A stretch of 62,448 nucleotides of DNA from Succinimonas sp. (GTDB taxonomy: Bacteria; Pseudomonadota; Gammaproteobacteria; Enterobacterales; Succinivibrionaceae), in the NCBI GenBank assembly GCA_963628765.1, contig CAVGFV010000099.1, positions 1 through 62,448 of the forward strand, in the 5' to 3' direction. The notes under the pieces were generated by a model. The model searched no databases. It was not told the origin of the DNA and was given only the letters and a program-made list of their open reading frames with translations. Position numbers and translations under genes: made by a program. Numbering within the stretch: position 1 is the stretch's first letter; each line of letters starts with the position of its first letter. Positions 8,989 to 19,112 of this stretch are shown piece by piece.

Positions 8989-9846
8989 TTAAGAAATAAT
9001 GCGATTTTCTTCCATCCACTTAGAAATAGTTTCAAGCTCTTCAACGTCGTTTAACGGAGCAAAAGAAGCTTCTAATTCTGAAGGTTCATCTAAAGCGATA
9101 CCATTTTCTTCCGCATATTTAATAAAAGCAGTCGCAAAAGCGAGAGAATTAGTAAAGAATTCTTCGGTGTTATCAGGCTCTAGATAAAGCACATGCTCAA
9201 AGGATTTATCAAAACGCCAATGTCTTAAGATAGCAGTACCAAGAGGAAATTTAATTTTATTTACCGCCTCATCTAAGCCTTCTTCGGTAATAGAAGCCCC
9301 CTTATCTTGGCGCTTAAAAAAGTTATCCACTTCCACTAAGAATGGTAAAGCGCCAATGTTTAAAAGAGCGCTAGCGAGAATTACATAATCGTAAATGAGG
9401 TTCTGAAGATTACCGTAACGAATTCTACAAATGGTTAAAGCGTATTTACAGATCTGATTAGACTTCTTAATCTTGTTACGGCAGTATCTCTTTACAATTT
9501 CATTTTTAAACACGAAGGTCTGTTCAATAGCAAGAGCTAAAGACATTGATACCGTGCTAGTAAGCCCGATACGGCTTATAGCTGCAGGCAAAGAAGTAAT
9601 AGTAGTGCCAGGATTAGAATAGCGCATAGTCTGGGACATACGAACTACTTGTGAAGTAACCCCAGTATCAGAACTTATGATATTCGCCAATTGTTTTACG
9701 GTAAGATTTGGGGCATTCATAAGCTTACTTAACTTTACAACGAGCTCTGGCATGGCTGGAATAAAAAGATTATCGTTTTTCAAAGATGCGGCGAGCTTAT
9801 TTACTAACAAATCAAGATCAGAAGATGCCATAAACGTTGTTCTCAT
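8989..9846 (-). CDS. HDOD domain protein
   Basis: IPAMPELVVKL…LANIISSD.G.T..VVR…SL..AISRIG…ALL.NIG.L…ILRHW.F. Confidence 0.85.
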   Translation of the reverse strand: MRTTFMASSDLDLLVNKLAASLKNDNLFIPAMPELVVKLSKLMNAPNLTVKQLANIISSDTGVTSQVVRMSQTMRYSNPGTTITSLPAAISRIGLTSTVSMSLALAIEQTFVFKNEIVKRYCRNKIKKSNQICKYALTICRIRYGNLQNLIYDYVILASALLNIGALPFLVEVDNFFKRQDKGASITEEGLDEAVNKIKFPLGTAILRHWRFDKSFEHVLYLEPDNTEEFFTNSLAFATAFIKYAEENGIALDEPSELEASFAPLNDVEELETISKWMEENRIIS

Positions 9847-10063
9847 AAATATTGCTTAAAATTCACGTACCAAAATTTAATATTTGCTCCATAAAGCTTA
9901 GGTACTGTCTTGTATAGTCGGCTTAATGATAGAATAATAATACCCTAAAGAGCGGTATCGCATAAGGCGTATTATTAAATTTGTGATAGGGTTACGTCTC
10001 AATCTCACAAATAAAGGTCTCTGCAAACCATTCTTTACTAAATCTATATCAAAGGACCTTATT

Positions 10064-10813
10064 GTGGAAATAAACACTGAAACCAAACACCGCTTTCGCG
10101 GAATCAGAGCTGTATACGGCGAAGATGCTTTTATCAAATTTAGAAATGCCCATGTTTTTATCGCCGGTGTAGGTGGTGTAGGTTCTTGGTGTATAGAATC
10201 TTTGGTACGCTCAGGTGTTGGCCACGTTACTATTATCGACAACGATACTATTGAAGATAGTAACTCTAATAGACAACTTCACACCATGCAGAGTACTCTT
10301 GGCCAATATAAAGCTGACGTATTAAGAGATAGACTTATTGATATCAGTCCGGATGCTCAAATTGATGTTATAAAGACCTTTATGACCAAGAATAATTTTA
10401 AAGAATGCATCCCAAGTGATGCCGATATTTATATCGATGCTATCGATAACATCACTGTTAAAGCTGCCCTTATTGCTTATATTCATAAAGAACTTAAAAG
10501 AACCGTGCTGGTTTCCGGCGGTGCTGGTGGTAAAAGAAATCCTGGTATGGTCACTATTACTGACCTTGCCCATTCTCATAATGACAGTCTTTTGGCAAGA
10601 TTACGTTCTGTTTTAAGACGAGAATATGGCTATCCAAAACTTCCTCAAGAGATGCACCTCACAGCTATTTACAGTACAGAATTAAGTAGACTGGGTAAAG
10701 ATGTCTCAACAGGAGAAGATATTCCAGACTTTGGTGCCCTTATGTGCGTAACTGCCACCGAAGGCTTAAGAATATCTGGAGAGGTTCTCCGAATTCTTGC
10801 GGAAAGAAAATAA
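10064..10813 (+). CDS. tcdA: tRNA threonylcarbamoyladenosine dehydratase (ThiF family)
   Basis: GVGGVGSW..ESLVRSGVG, SNSNRQ, IDAID, GGAGGK motifs. GTG 10064 follows an AAGGA SD. Confidence 0.88.
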   Translation: MEINTETKHRFRGIRAVYGEDAFIKFRNAHVFIAGVGGVGSWCIESLVRSGVGHVTIIDNDTIEDSNSNRQLHTMQSTLGQYKADVLRDRLIDISPDAQIDVIKTFMTKNNFKECIPSDADIYIDAIDNITVKAALIAYIHKELKRTVLVSGGAGGKRNPGMVTITDLAHSHNDSLLARLRSVLRREYGYPKLPQEMHLTAIYSTELSRLGKDVSTGEDIPDFGALMCVTATEGLRISGEVLRILAERK

Positions 10814-10852
10814 GTAACTTGTTAGCAATTTACAAAATAGAGATATAAGAAC

Positions 10853-12475
10853 ATGGATCGTGAACAGGCTAAAGAATATTTAAAGGGTATGATGCCACGC
10901 TATTTAAAAGAACGTGGCATTCTATCAAGCGGTTATTTTAAATGTCTTAACCCTGCTCATGTGGATCCCCGCCCCATGATGAGCTTTAATCCTAAAGACA
11001 ATACCGTACATTGCTTCGGCTGCGGGGCCACTTACGATATCTTTGGAGTCTTAGGAATTGACTATAACCTCCCTTCCTACGGAGATCAGTTCAATAAGGC
11101 TTGCGAACTATTTTTACCGGAAGAATCTATTCGCGAAAACCGCATTACGAGTTCTGGCATAAAACAGCTCGGCTCTAAGCCACAATCTGAAAAGGTGGTG
11201 GATTACACCGCTTATTTTAGAGAATGCGCCCTCCGGGTAAACGATACAGAATATTTTAAAGATCTAGGTTTTTCGGATGAGCTTATTAGAAATTACACCC
11301 TCGGTGTCGATCCGGACTTTAGAGGCGCGGAAGGTAGTAGCTTTCCAGCGGTAATTATTCCCCACGGAGCTTATGGTTTTCTAGCTATTAACCTAGAAGA
11401 ACCTGAAGATAGTGCTTTTAGATTATATTTTGGTAAAAACACCCTCTTTAATCCTACTATTCCAGAAACCGCTAAAGAAGTTTTTATTAGCTCTACCGAG
11501 TTAGAAGCTTTGTCTTTTCTAGAAATTGGCAAGACTGCCATAGCGGTTGGCGATCGTAATAACGTTCACGAACTTATTACTTTACTAAGCCATACGAGAC
11601 ACGGGGTAAAAATCTATCTCATATCCTCAGAAGATCCAGACTGGCGTGATCTTACGGATATGATAAAAAATGAGCTTGATGCCCTTGAGATCAAGTGTCA
11701 CGAAATAAAAATTTCCTATCCTTATCAAAATGTTTGTGATTATCTCGAAAGAGATCGCCAAGATTTTGAAAAACGGGTTACAGAAATCGAGGAAATTTTC
11801 TCCGTAAAGAAACAAAAACTCCCCGCTACCATCAAGTTTGAAGAACTCACAGATAGCGATAGCTTTATGGAACCAGCCTTTGGAACGGGGGTATACACCA
11901 TTGAGTGTACGCCAAGTATCCGAAGAAAATTAATCGCCTCTTGGACTATTCACACCCAAGCTGAAGATCTCCACTACATTTACGTTTCAGGTAATCGGGA
12001 TTGGCAGCTTTTAGGGCAAGAAATCATGTACCTTGCCACCGAGCTTGGTGAAAAGTACTACCTTCAAGCACCAAAGGTTGAAGAACTTAATATCGCTACC
12101 AATGAAAATGCCCACGATATTTCAGAAAAGATCTTGCACCTCTTCCTTGCGCACCGATTAAAAAACGATACTGACAACATTATCATCTTGAATGTGGGTA
12201 GTTATAGTGTCATTGGGGATAAGCTCTTAACAGAAATTCTTGATATCATTTCCGACAAGATCCACTTCTTTAAGATGTCTATTGTGGTATTTTTTGAAAA
12301 CCAAGGCGGAACTCTCCCGGAGGAAATTGGGAACCAGCACTTCACAATCACCAAAGAGTCCCTTTCAGAAGAAGAAGCGGAAACCTCAAGTGATATCGAT
12401 ACCTCTTACGCCCAAGTAACCACCCAAACCACCAATGGTGAAAAATGGGAATTCACGATAAAACTTGATGAATAA
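10853..12475 (+). CDS. CHC2-type zinc-finger protein with degenerate TOPRIM and degenerate DnaB-like helicase regions
   Basis: CLNPAH…HCFGCG…DIF Zn finger. Primase-like VFISSTELEALSF and helicase-like GVYTIECTPSIRRK segments lack the catalytic residues. Confidence 0.7.
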   Translation: MDREQAKEYLKGMMPRYLKERGILSSGYFKCLNPAHVDPRPMMSFNPKDNTVHCFGCGATYDIFGVLGIDYNLPSYGDQFNKACELFLPEESIRENRITSSGIKQLGSKPQSEKVVDYTAYFRECALRVNDTEYFKDLGFSDELIRNYTLGVDPDFRGAEGSSFPAVIIPHGAYGFLAINLEEPEDSAFRLYFGKNTLFNPTIPETAKEVFISSTELEALSFLEIGKTAIAVGDRNNVHELITLLSHTRHGVKIYLISSEDPDWRDLTDMIKNELDALEIKCHEIKISYPYQNVCDYLERDRQDFEKRVTEIEEIFSVKKQKLPATIKFEELTDSDSFMEPAFGTGVYTIECTPSIRRKLIASWTIHTQAEDLHYIYVSGNRDWQLLGQEIMYLATELGEKYYLQAPKVEELNIATNENAHDISEKILHLFLAHRLKNDTDNIIILNVGSYSVIGDKLLTEILDIISDKIHFFKMSIVVFFENQGGTLPEEIGNQHFTITKESLSEEEAETSSDIDTSYAQVTTQTTNGEKWEFTIKLDE

Positions 12476-12490
12476 TCCCCTGGCAAAAAA

Positions 12491-12518
12491 TGGACAAAGC
12501 CTAACAAACTGTTATAAT
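12491..12518 (+). promoter_or_regulatory. sigma70 promoter of tRNA-Arg
   Basis: TGGACA-16-TATAAT with extended TG and a GC-rich discriminator (cgcccg). Confidence 0.75.
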
Positions 12519-12527
12519 AACGCCCGT

Positions 12528-12602
12528 CTCTCCATAGTTAAATGGATATAACGGCCCCCTCCTAAGGGGCAGTTACAGGTTCGATTCCTGTTGGAGAGGC
12601 CA
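12528..12602 (+). tRNA. tRNA-Arg(CCT), argW-like
   Basis: Acceptor CTCTCCA/TGGAGAG, anticodon arm GCCCC-CTCCTAA-GGGGC, GGTTCGATTCC, encoded CCA. Confidence 0.97.
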
Positions 12603-12725
12603 CTTTCAAATCAATACACCTTGTTTCAGCTCTAATTTCTTAAAGATCCTTGTAATCCGAGACTTAAAATATTTGATCTCTCTTGATACTGAGATAAAAT
12701 ATTCCGCAAAAAAAGGATCATTATC

Positions 12726-13316
12726 ATGAAGTATATATACATATTATTTGCAGCTTTCATTGCTGTAGGATGCTCCTCAACTAGTAGCAATAATCAGGCT
12801 GACACTCCTATCAGTGTTGCTAACTCTTCAAGACCAATTCTCGAAACTACTGTCGCTGCCCAAAGCTTAAAAGCTTGGCCTTATGAAAGCGCTAAGCTTA
12901 GCTACGTGCTTAAAAACAAGAATATCGCCGTAAGCAAAGTAAAAGATGCCCAGAGTTTTGCAGAATGGGATGGCATTGTTGATGAAGTTTTAAAGACCAA
13001 ACTTAACGCTTTAGGTCTTCACGAAGCACAAGGTAAAGCAAACTTAATTATTCAGTATAGTGTTACCCCACCAACTTCCGATAAAGCTACTGCTGATTTG
13101 GTATTTGATTCCCTCGGTGTAACTGCAGGTAGTAATAAGAGAGGCACTAACGGTTCTATCGAAATTTCTATTATCGATAATTTCACTAAACAGAACATTT
13201 GGACTGGCGCTATAAGTACTACCTCTAATAAACCAATCACTACGAAAGAAATGAAGCGTTTTGTGGTAGAAAAACTTCTCTCAAAACTAGTGAAAAAGTT
13301 GCCAAAGGCCCAATAA
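12726..13316 (+). CDS. Putative lipoprotein, DUF4136-like
   Basis: Lipobox IAVGC, L.ALGL…ANLIIQY…GSIEISIID…NIW.G pattern. Confidence 0.65.
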   Translation: MKYIYILFAAFIAVGCSSTSSNNQADTPISVANSSRPILETTVAAQSLKAWPYESAKLSYVLKNKNIAVSKVKDAQSFAEWDGIVDEVLKTKLNALGLHEAQGKANLIIQYSVTPPTSDKATADLVFDSLGVTAGSNKRGTNGSIEISIIDNFTKQNIWTGAISTTSNKPITTKEMKRFVVEKLLSKLVKKLPKAQ

Positions 13317-13346
13317 AAGCCCAGTAAAAACCAAATAAAAAACCAT

Positions 13347-13372
13347 AAAAAAGGAGCTTGGGCTCCTTTTTT
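13347..13372. terminator. Bidirectional terminator between the lipoprotein gene and dusA
   Basis: aaaaaaggagc-ttgg-gctcctttttt. Confidence 0.8.
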
Positions 13373-13378
13373 ATTTAC

Positions 13379-14383
13379 CTACTCAGCACTCTCACTCGGT
13401 ATTTCCTCGGAAACTAAAGCTAGAGCAGACTCAATAGTCTCTATCCCCGCTCCCGGAAGCTGCTGGTGCTGGGCCATATAAGTTCTAAAAGCCTTCGCAT
13501 TTGGACAACCTTGGAACATACCAATAAAATGCCTTGTGACATGCTTTAGAAGCTCACCCTCGCTAAGTTCCTTTTCAATATAAGGATACATAGCTCTAAT
13601 AATGTCTTTACGGCTTCTAAAGTTGTCAGGTTCCCCGTAAATAAGGTGATCCGCTTCAGCAAGAAGATAGGGATTTTGGTAAAGGGCCCGTCCCATCATG
13701 ACCCCATCTACATGCTCTAAGTGTTTAAGGGCATCGGAAAGATTAGTGATATTCCCATTTATCCCAACAAATAGGTCTGGAAAATCCTTCTTAATCTCAT
13801 ATACCGCTTCATAGTCTAGTGGTGGTTTTACACGGTTATCCTTAGGAGAGATACCGAGAAGTGCATCTCTTGCGTGTAAAATTACCCCGCTCGCTCCCGA
13901 ATCCCGAATAGTTTCCACAAGCTTATGGGTAAAGTCTCTACCTCTAAGATCGTTTACCCCAAGGCGGGTCTTTACCGTTACTGGAATATCCACCGCATCC
14001 TTAAGGGCTTTAACCGCATCACTAAGCACATCAAAGTTTTGCATTAAAACGGCGCCAAAGGAGCCACTCTGGACTCGTGATGACGGACAACCGGCATTAA
14101 GGTTTATTTCATCATAGCCTCTTAAAGCTCCCGCTTTAGCAGCTTTCGCAAGATCTTGGGGATTAGAGCCTCCTAACTGTAAGGCTACCGGATGCTCACT
14201 AGGATCAAATCTAAGATAATCCCCACTTCCATAAATTATGGCTCCGGTTGATACCATCTCGGTGTACAAAAAAATATTACGTGATAACACACGACAAAAA
14301 TAGCGGAAATGTCGATCTGTGAGATCCAGCATCGGAGCTAAGGAGAGTCTAGCATTACGGGAGAACTTATTTAAGGAATTCAT
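13379..14383 (-). CDS. dusA: tRNA-dihydrouridine synthase DusA
   Basis: LAPMLD.TDRHFRY, LYTEMV, EHPVALQLGGS, EINLN.GCPS.RVQ.G.FGA.LM. Confidence 0.95.
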   Translation of the reverse strand: MNSLNKFSRNARLSLAPMLDLTDRHFRYFCRVLSRNIFLYTEMVSTGAIIYGSGDYLRFDPSEHPVALQLGGSNPQDLAKAAKAGALRGYDEINLNAGCPSSRVQSGSFGAVLMQNFDVLSDAVKALKDAVDIPVTVKTRLGVNDLRGRDFTHKLVETIRDSGASGVILHARDALLGISPKDNRVKPPLDYEAVYEIKKDFPDLFVGINGNITNLSDALKHLEHVDGVMMGRALYQNPYLLAEADHLIYGEPDNFRSRKDIIRAMYPYIEKELSEGELLKHVTRHFIGMFQGCPNAKAFRTYMAQHQQLPGAGIETIESALALVSEEIPSESAE

Positions 14384-14546
14384 AATTTAAAAGAAAAAAG
14401 CAAGAAAAAAATTAGCAACAGAGAGCTTTACTCTACTTGTTCACATGGTTATCCACTAATAATAACCAATAACTCACTGTTTCTTAGGTACTTATAGGGG
14501 AAATTATAACAGATGCCGTAAAAACGGCATCGCAAATAGAGAGGAA

Positions 14547-15341
14547 TTATTTTTCGGTAGTCTTACCGGTAAGGAGATCTTCCTTTTCTCGATCACCATG
14601 GTTTATAGCAAAAACCAAATCTCTCGCCCATTTAAAACCTTCAGTAAGCTCATTTTCAGAGAGAGACTGTCTAGCTTCGCTATCGATTCTTTCCGCCTCG
14701 TTCATATTTTTACGGAGCTTAGAAAGATCCCCATAGCGCTTTGCCCACATAATAAAGAATTCAATATTACGATAAGCAGCGAGATTATTGCCGAGTGCTA
14801 ACTGCTGTTTTGCTAAATAAAATGAATATTCATAAGCCCGGTTATCAAAAAGCTTTTGGTAGATATCAACCGCTTCTTGTTTGTCTTGTGTAGAGTTAGT
14901 GCCAAAACTCAAGGTTTCTGCATATTGAGCGGTGCAAGAAAGATCCTTTTCGGGATCAAACTCTAGACACAAGTTAAACATTTCTCGAGCTTTATTGGTG
15001 TCTCTTTTTACCCCAAGACCGTTCCAATAGAGGACACCAAGATAGCGGTAAGCCTTAAGATTACCAGCATCCACGGATTGTTCTAAATATCTACGGGTTT
15101 GTCCCCAATCACGAGACACTCCTTTACCCTTAAGGTACATATAGCCGATATTCATGGAAGCTTCTGGATTCCCCTTGTCTGCTTCATATTCACAAACCGC
15201 GAGAGCGGCATCGTAATGCTCTAAAGCGATAGCGGTATTGCAATCTTCATTTTGAAGACTGCTATTTACTTCTGCGTAAGACACACCTGATACCAAAAGA
15301 GCGGTACTAACGAAACTGATAATGTTTTTTCTTACAGACAT
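14547..15341 (-). CDS. Secreted Sel1-like repeat protein
   Basis: Signal peptide, IGYMYLKGKGVSRD and LGVLYWNGLGVKRD SLR repeats. Confidence 0.85.
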   Translation of the reverse strand: MSVRKNIISFVSTALLVSGVSYAEVNSSLQNEDCNTAIALEHYDAALAVCEYEADKGNPEASMNIGYMYLKGKGVSRDWGQTRRYLEQSVDAGNLKAYRYLGVLYWNGLGVKRDTNKAREMFNLCLEFDPEKDLSCTAQYAETLSFGTNSTQDKQEAVDIYQKLFDNRAYEYSFYLAKQQLALGNNLAAYRNIEFFIMWAKRYGDLSKLRKNMNEAERIDSEARQSLSENELTEGFKWARDLVFAINHGDREKEDLLTGKTTEK

Positions 15342-15509
15342 ATAATTTAAAATCCGTCAAAAAAGGAAATCCCAATAATAATGTACATTTTTTTGCTAAA
15401 AATTTCTTTAACTTAAATAATAGAATTAGAAATAATTAGCGCGAGAAAGGAAATTTTTGAAAAAATCTGAAAATAGGAAAAATTTAGAAATTTAAGAAGA
15501 TTTCGGACC

Positions 15510-15596
<87 letters not shown>

Positions 15597-15610
15597 CCGA
15601 AACGAGGCAT

Positions 15611-15638
15611 AGTATACAAGAAAGAATGTCTAATGCAA
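15611..15638 (-). promoter_or_regulatory. sigma70 promoter of tRNA-Leu
   Basis: TTGCAT-16-TATACT on the minus strand. Confidence 0.6.
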
Positions 15639-15732
15639 AGTTTTTTTTGCAATATCAGTGTAGAAGAGCAAAAGTTCTCTCTATTTCAAGTTTTTCTGGT
15701 AACCTAAATATTCTAGAGAGAACACAAAAACA

Positions 15733-16806
15733 TTAGTTACGCTTTTTAAGAAGGTAGATACCAATGCCAAACATGATAATCGTTGGTGCTGTAGCCCCAA
15801 TGATGGCAGGAATACCATAAAAGACAGTAAATGGCGCTAAGATTTCGTTTACTGCATAGAAGGTAAAGCCTACGACAATACCTACCACGATTCTCGCTCC
15901 CATAGTAGCACTACGAAGCGGTCCAAAAATAGTGCTCGCTGCAAGTAATAGAATCACGAGAGTCATAAATGGAGTAATAAATTTTCTATAAAGATCCAAA
16001 TAATAGCGATCAGCTTTTTGACCATTTTGGGTTATATAGTCAATATAACTTAATAAACCACGAATAGAGAATTCATCGGCACCTACACCTACTACATCCA
16101 ACTTATCTGGAGTTAAATGCAGTTTCCAATCCACAGATGCTAAAAAGCCTGACTTAATTTCATCGTGACCATAGTTGTTGTACCATATTTCAGTCATGTG
16201 CCAATGGTCTTTGTCCCACACACCGCCACGAGCAATATAAGAGGACTGTAAGGTCTTAGGGTGGTTTTCAGAAAAATCATACCGAAAAACCATATCTAAG
16301 GAGCCATCACTAAGCACACGAGAAATATTGATAAAGGAATTTCCTTCACGAAACCAAATACCACGGCTAGTTACTGCAAGCTGGCCACTAGAGATCGCTT
16401 CGGTTCTCACGCTTTCAGCTTTCTTTTCTGCTTCAGGAACCGCAAATTCACCAAGACAAAAAACCAAGGCCACGGCAGGTAAGAGCCAAGTACAGGCACT
16501 AAGAACGATGCCCAGTCGAGACTTACCAAGGCTTTGCATCACGATAAGTTCGGAACTGGACGCGAGGTTACCTAAGGCGAGAACAGTACCTAAAAGTACG
16601 CCTAAAGGGAAAAACATACAAACTTGGCTTGGGACAGTCCAAGAAACATATTCAAGTATCGTATAGGCATCGTAATCGCCTCTACCCACGTTTCTTAACT
16701 GATCCACAAATTTAATAAGAGACGAAAGCGCCACAAGTCCAAAGGTGCACCCCAAAGACCAAGCTAGAACATTACGTCCTACGTAATTATCAACAACCTT
16801 AAACAT
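15733..16806 (-). CDS. lptG: LPS export ABC permease LptG
   Basis: IKFVDQLR.VG.GDY, LG.LA..SELIVM, IFGPLRS.TMG.R. Confidence 0.96.
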   Translation of the reverse strand: MFKVVDNYVGRNVLAWSLGCTFGLVALSSLIKFVDQLRNVGRGDYDAYTILEYVSWTVPSQVCMFFPLGVLLGTVLALGNLASSSELIVMQSLGKSRLGIVLSACTWLLPAVALVFCLGEFAVPEAEKKAESVRTEAISSGQLAVTSRGIWFREGNSFINISRVLSDGSLDMVFRYDFSENHPKTLQSSYIARGGVWDKDHWHMTEIWYNNYGHDEIKSGFLASVDWKLHLTPDKLDVVGVGADEFSIRGLLSYIDYITQNGQKADRYYLDLYRKFITPFMTLVILLLAASTIFGPLRSATMGARIVVGIVVGFTFYAVNEILAPFTVFYGIPAIIGATAPTIIMFGIGIYLLKKRN

Positions 16807-17986
16807 TTGGAGCCTTTCTCTTCTTCATGCGATAACGGAGGCGATTACACCACTCGGTATCTAAGAGGTTAAATGGAATCACCATAAATATAGTGTAAAG
16901 AACCGGTATTAGCATGATTCCTGGAAATAGTGGGAAATGCTCACGGGAAATACTGGACTTTAAACCAAAGGCAAAGAGGTAATAGCTAAGATAAATCATG
17001 ATAGCTGGAAGTAGTTTCGCAAAGCGTCCCTGTCTTGGATTCACCATCGAAAGAGGTACCACCAGGAGAGCTAACACGATAACGCTAAAAGGTTGCACAA
17101 TACGCCACTCTAATTCGGCTTTTTCAGGAGCACCGGCTTTGTCTGACATGAGCTCTTTGGTAGACTTTGCGGAAACCTTACTTGGTTCATAACGCTTACT
17201 ACCTTCAGGAACTAGAGCCGTATATTCATCAAAGTAAGAACACCTGAATTGCTTTTTATTATTAGGACCTTCGTATCGAATGCCACGATTCAAAGTCAAC
17301 CACAAAAGATCATTACTGTCGTAATGTACATTGCCTTCATTAGCAATGGTTACTGATGGCGGAATATTTTTATTAGCATCCCCTTGAGACAAAATATAGA
17401 TTTGTTTCATAAGATCTCCAGACTTACTTTTTTTGATATGGTCTGGAACATTAGAAACCGAGTCCTTAGAATCTTCCATATCCTCGATATACACCACAGT
17501 ATCCATCAAAGATAAGAAGCGTCCGCTGTCTAAGGAAAACATAGCCGGATCACTTTTAGCACTATCTATAAGCTCTAAGGATTTCGCTTCACACCAAGGA
17601 GCTAAAACAAGGGTACAAGCACCATTTACGATAGCCGTTATCAAACTTAGAAAAAACACCATGGAGAGGATACGGTTTCTAGAGTAACCTGCAGAACGCA
17701 TCACAACCATTTCACTTTGAGAGCATAAAGATCCCATGGTAAGGAGGATGGCCAAAAATAGCGATAATGGCAACATAAAGTTCGCCATAGATGGCACAGA
17801 TAAACTCATAAGCTGAGTTACTAGTTCTGTAGGAATCTTTCCTCTTGAGGCTCTACTTATGAAAGAGATAAACGATTGGCTCATAAAAATCAGCATCAAA
17901 ATGCTGAAAATTACCACCTGAGTTTTTATGGTAGCTTTTAGTATATATTTCGAGATGGTTTTCACGGCGGCAACACTTATAAACAT
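16799..17986 (-). CDS. lptF: LPS export ABC permease LptF (start may be GTG 17965)
   Basis: LPLSLFL..L…SEM.VM, AELEWR, PLS.VNPRQGRFAKLLPA. Confidence 0.95.
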   Translation of the reverse strand: MFISVAAVKTISKYILKATIKTQVVIFSILMLIFMSQSFISFISRASRGKIPTELVTQLMSLSVPSMANFMLPLSLFLAILLTMGSLCSQSEMVVMRSAGYSRNRILSMVFFLSLITAIVNGACTLVLAPWCEAKSLELIDSAKSDPAMFSLDSGRFLSLMDTVVYIEDMEDSKDSVSNVPDHIKKSKSGDLMKQIYILSQGDANKNIPPSVTIANEGNVHYDSNDLLWLTLNRGIRYEGPNNKKQFRCSYFDEYTALVPEGSKRYEPSKVSAKSTKELMSDKAGAPEKAELEWRIVQPFSVIVLALLVVPLSMVNPRQGRFAKLLPAIMIYLSYYLFAFGLKSSISREHFPLFPGIMLIPVLYTIFMVIPFNLLDTEWCNRLRYRMKKRKAPNV

Positions 17987-17989
17987 TAC

Positions 17990-18029
17990 AGAACCGGTAC
18001 TAATGAAAGTACCGGTTCTTATTTTAGCA
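17990..18029 (-). promoter_or_regulatory. Extended -10 promoter of lptFG with an adjacent 12-bp inverted repeat
   Basis: TGcTAAAAT (18029-18021), inverted repeat agaaccggtact/agtaccggttct (17990-18019). Confidence 0.5.
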
Positions 18030-18143
18030 TGATTTAAAATGGGTACAGATATTCACAATATCATCTATGACTCAGATCTTTTATCTTAGCTTCTCAATCC
18101 TAATAAAAAGCTATTTTTTTCTGAATACTAGATCCGTATTTTC

Positions 18144-19112
18144 TTAAGAGCGCCCTACTAGAATACTTATCCAAGATATCATTTGTAACCTTTGAATAAG
18201 AGAAATCTTCATGCCTGGCACTTTCTTGAGTGCTATTAAACGCCCTTGCGCTTCTTTTAGAGAATCCACATCGATTTCGGCAATCTTGTTCACTAAATCA
18301 GGATAAGCCCCAAGAAGGCAAAGTAATTCCTTGTGGCCACCATTTTCAATAACCATAGCATCGCGAATTACGGTGTATAAGAAGCTATAGATATATTCAC
18401 TTTCAGAAAGAGAATCCACCAAGAAATCCGCTAAATCGCTTTCGAGAGCTTGACCTAAAAAGACGCGGTTTAATAACTCAGCACCTTCGCGAAACTTATC
18501 CCCGATACCATCATTTACAAAAGACAAGGCTTTTAATGGGGAGTTTCCACTGATAAAGATCTCTAACCGATAATCTTGATTCTTCCCTGTTGCATTAACA
18601 ATGAAATCGTTCATCTCTTTTAGAGGTGGGATAACTACTGGGATTCTCATGGTTCTACTCATGATGGTCGGTAGTAGAGAACGTACATTACCCGAACTTA
18701 AAATCAAGAGTGAAGACTCTGGCGGTTCTTCGAGAGTTTTTAAAAGAGCATTCTGAGCTGCGATAGTCATGGTTTCGGCTTCATTTATATAAAGCACCTT
18801 ACCATGATTATTAGCGGGAGTTTTTTCTAAGATCTGGGTACCCTTACGCACCTCATCGATACCGATACTAGAACCATCACCACGAGACAGCTCTAAAAAG
18901 TCGGAATGGGTACCAGCTTTAAGCATGGAACAACTATGACAAGTGCAATTATCAGCATGGTTTTCTTGGCAAAGATAGCGGCGGGAAATTTCCCGGGCAA
19001 GATCGCTACCCCCAAGACCATCAGCAGCACAGATCAATAAGGCATGCGGAACGCGGCTTTGTTCCTGCATTTCAGAAAATATATTTAGTGCTGGAATCAG
19101 CCAATTATACAT
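18144..19112 (-). CDS. holB: DNA polymerase III delta' subunit
   Basis: HALLI, Zn motif C…C.CHSC…H.D, AQNALLKTLEEPP, LLPTI.SR. Follows tmk. Confidence 0.93.
   Translation of the reverse strand: MYNWLIPALNIFSEMQEQSRVPHALLICAADGLGGSDLAREISRRYLCQENHADNCTCHSCSMLKAGTHSDFLELSRGDGSSIGIDEVRKGTQILEKTPANNHGKVLYINEAETMTIAAQNALLKTLEEPPESSLLILSSGNVRSLLPTIMSRTMRIPVVIPPLKEMNDFIVNATGKNQDYRLEIFISGNSPLKALSFVNDGIGDKFREGAELLNRVFLGQALESDLADFLVDSLSESEYIYSFLYTVIRDAMVIENGGHKELLCLLGAYPDLVNKIAEIDVDSLKEAQGRLIALKKVPGMKISLIQRLQMISWISILVGRS

Noticed and set aside
13304..13350. Degenerate ~11-bp A-rich repeats after the lipoprotein gene
   Set aside because: Low complexity, no spacers, not a CRISPR array.
14547..15341. 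Sel1 protein as flagellar MotX
   Set aside because: It lacks MotX-specific motifs (CQL..DI, YGDML..GVCV) and shows only generic SLRs.
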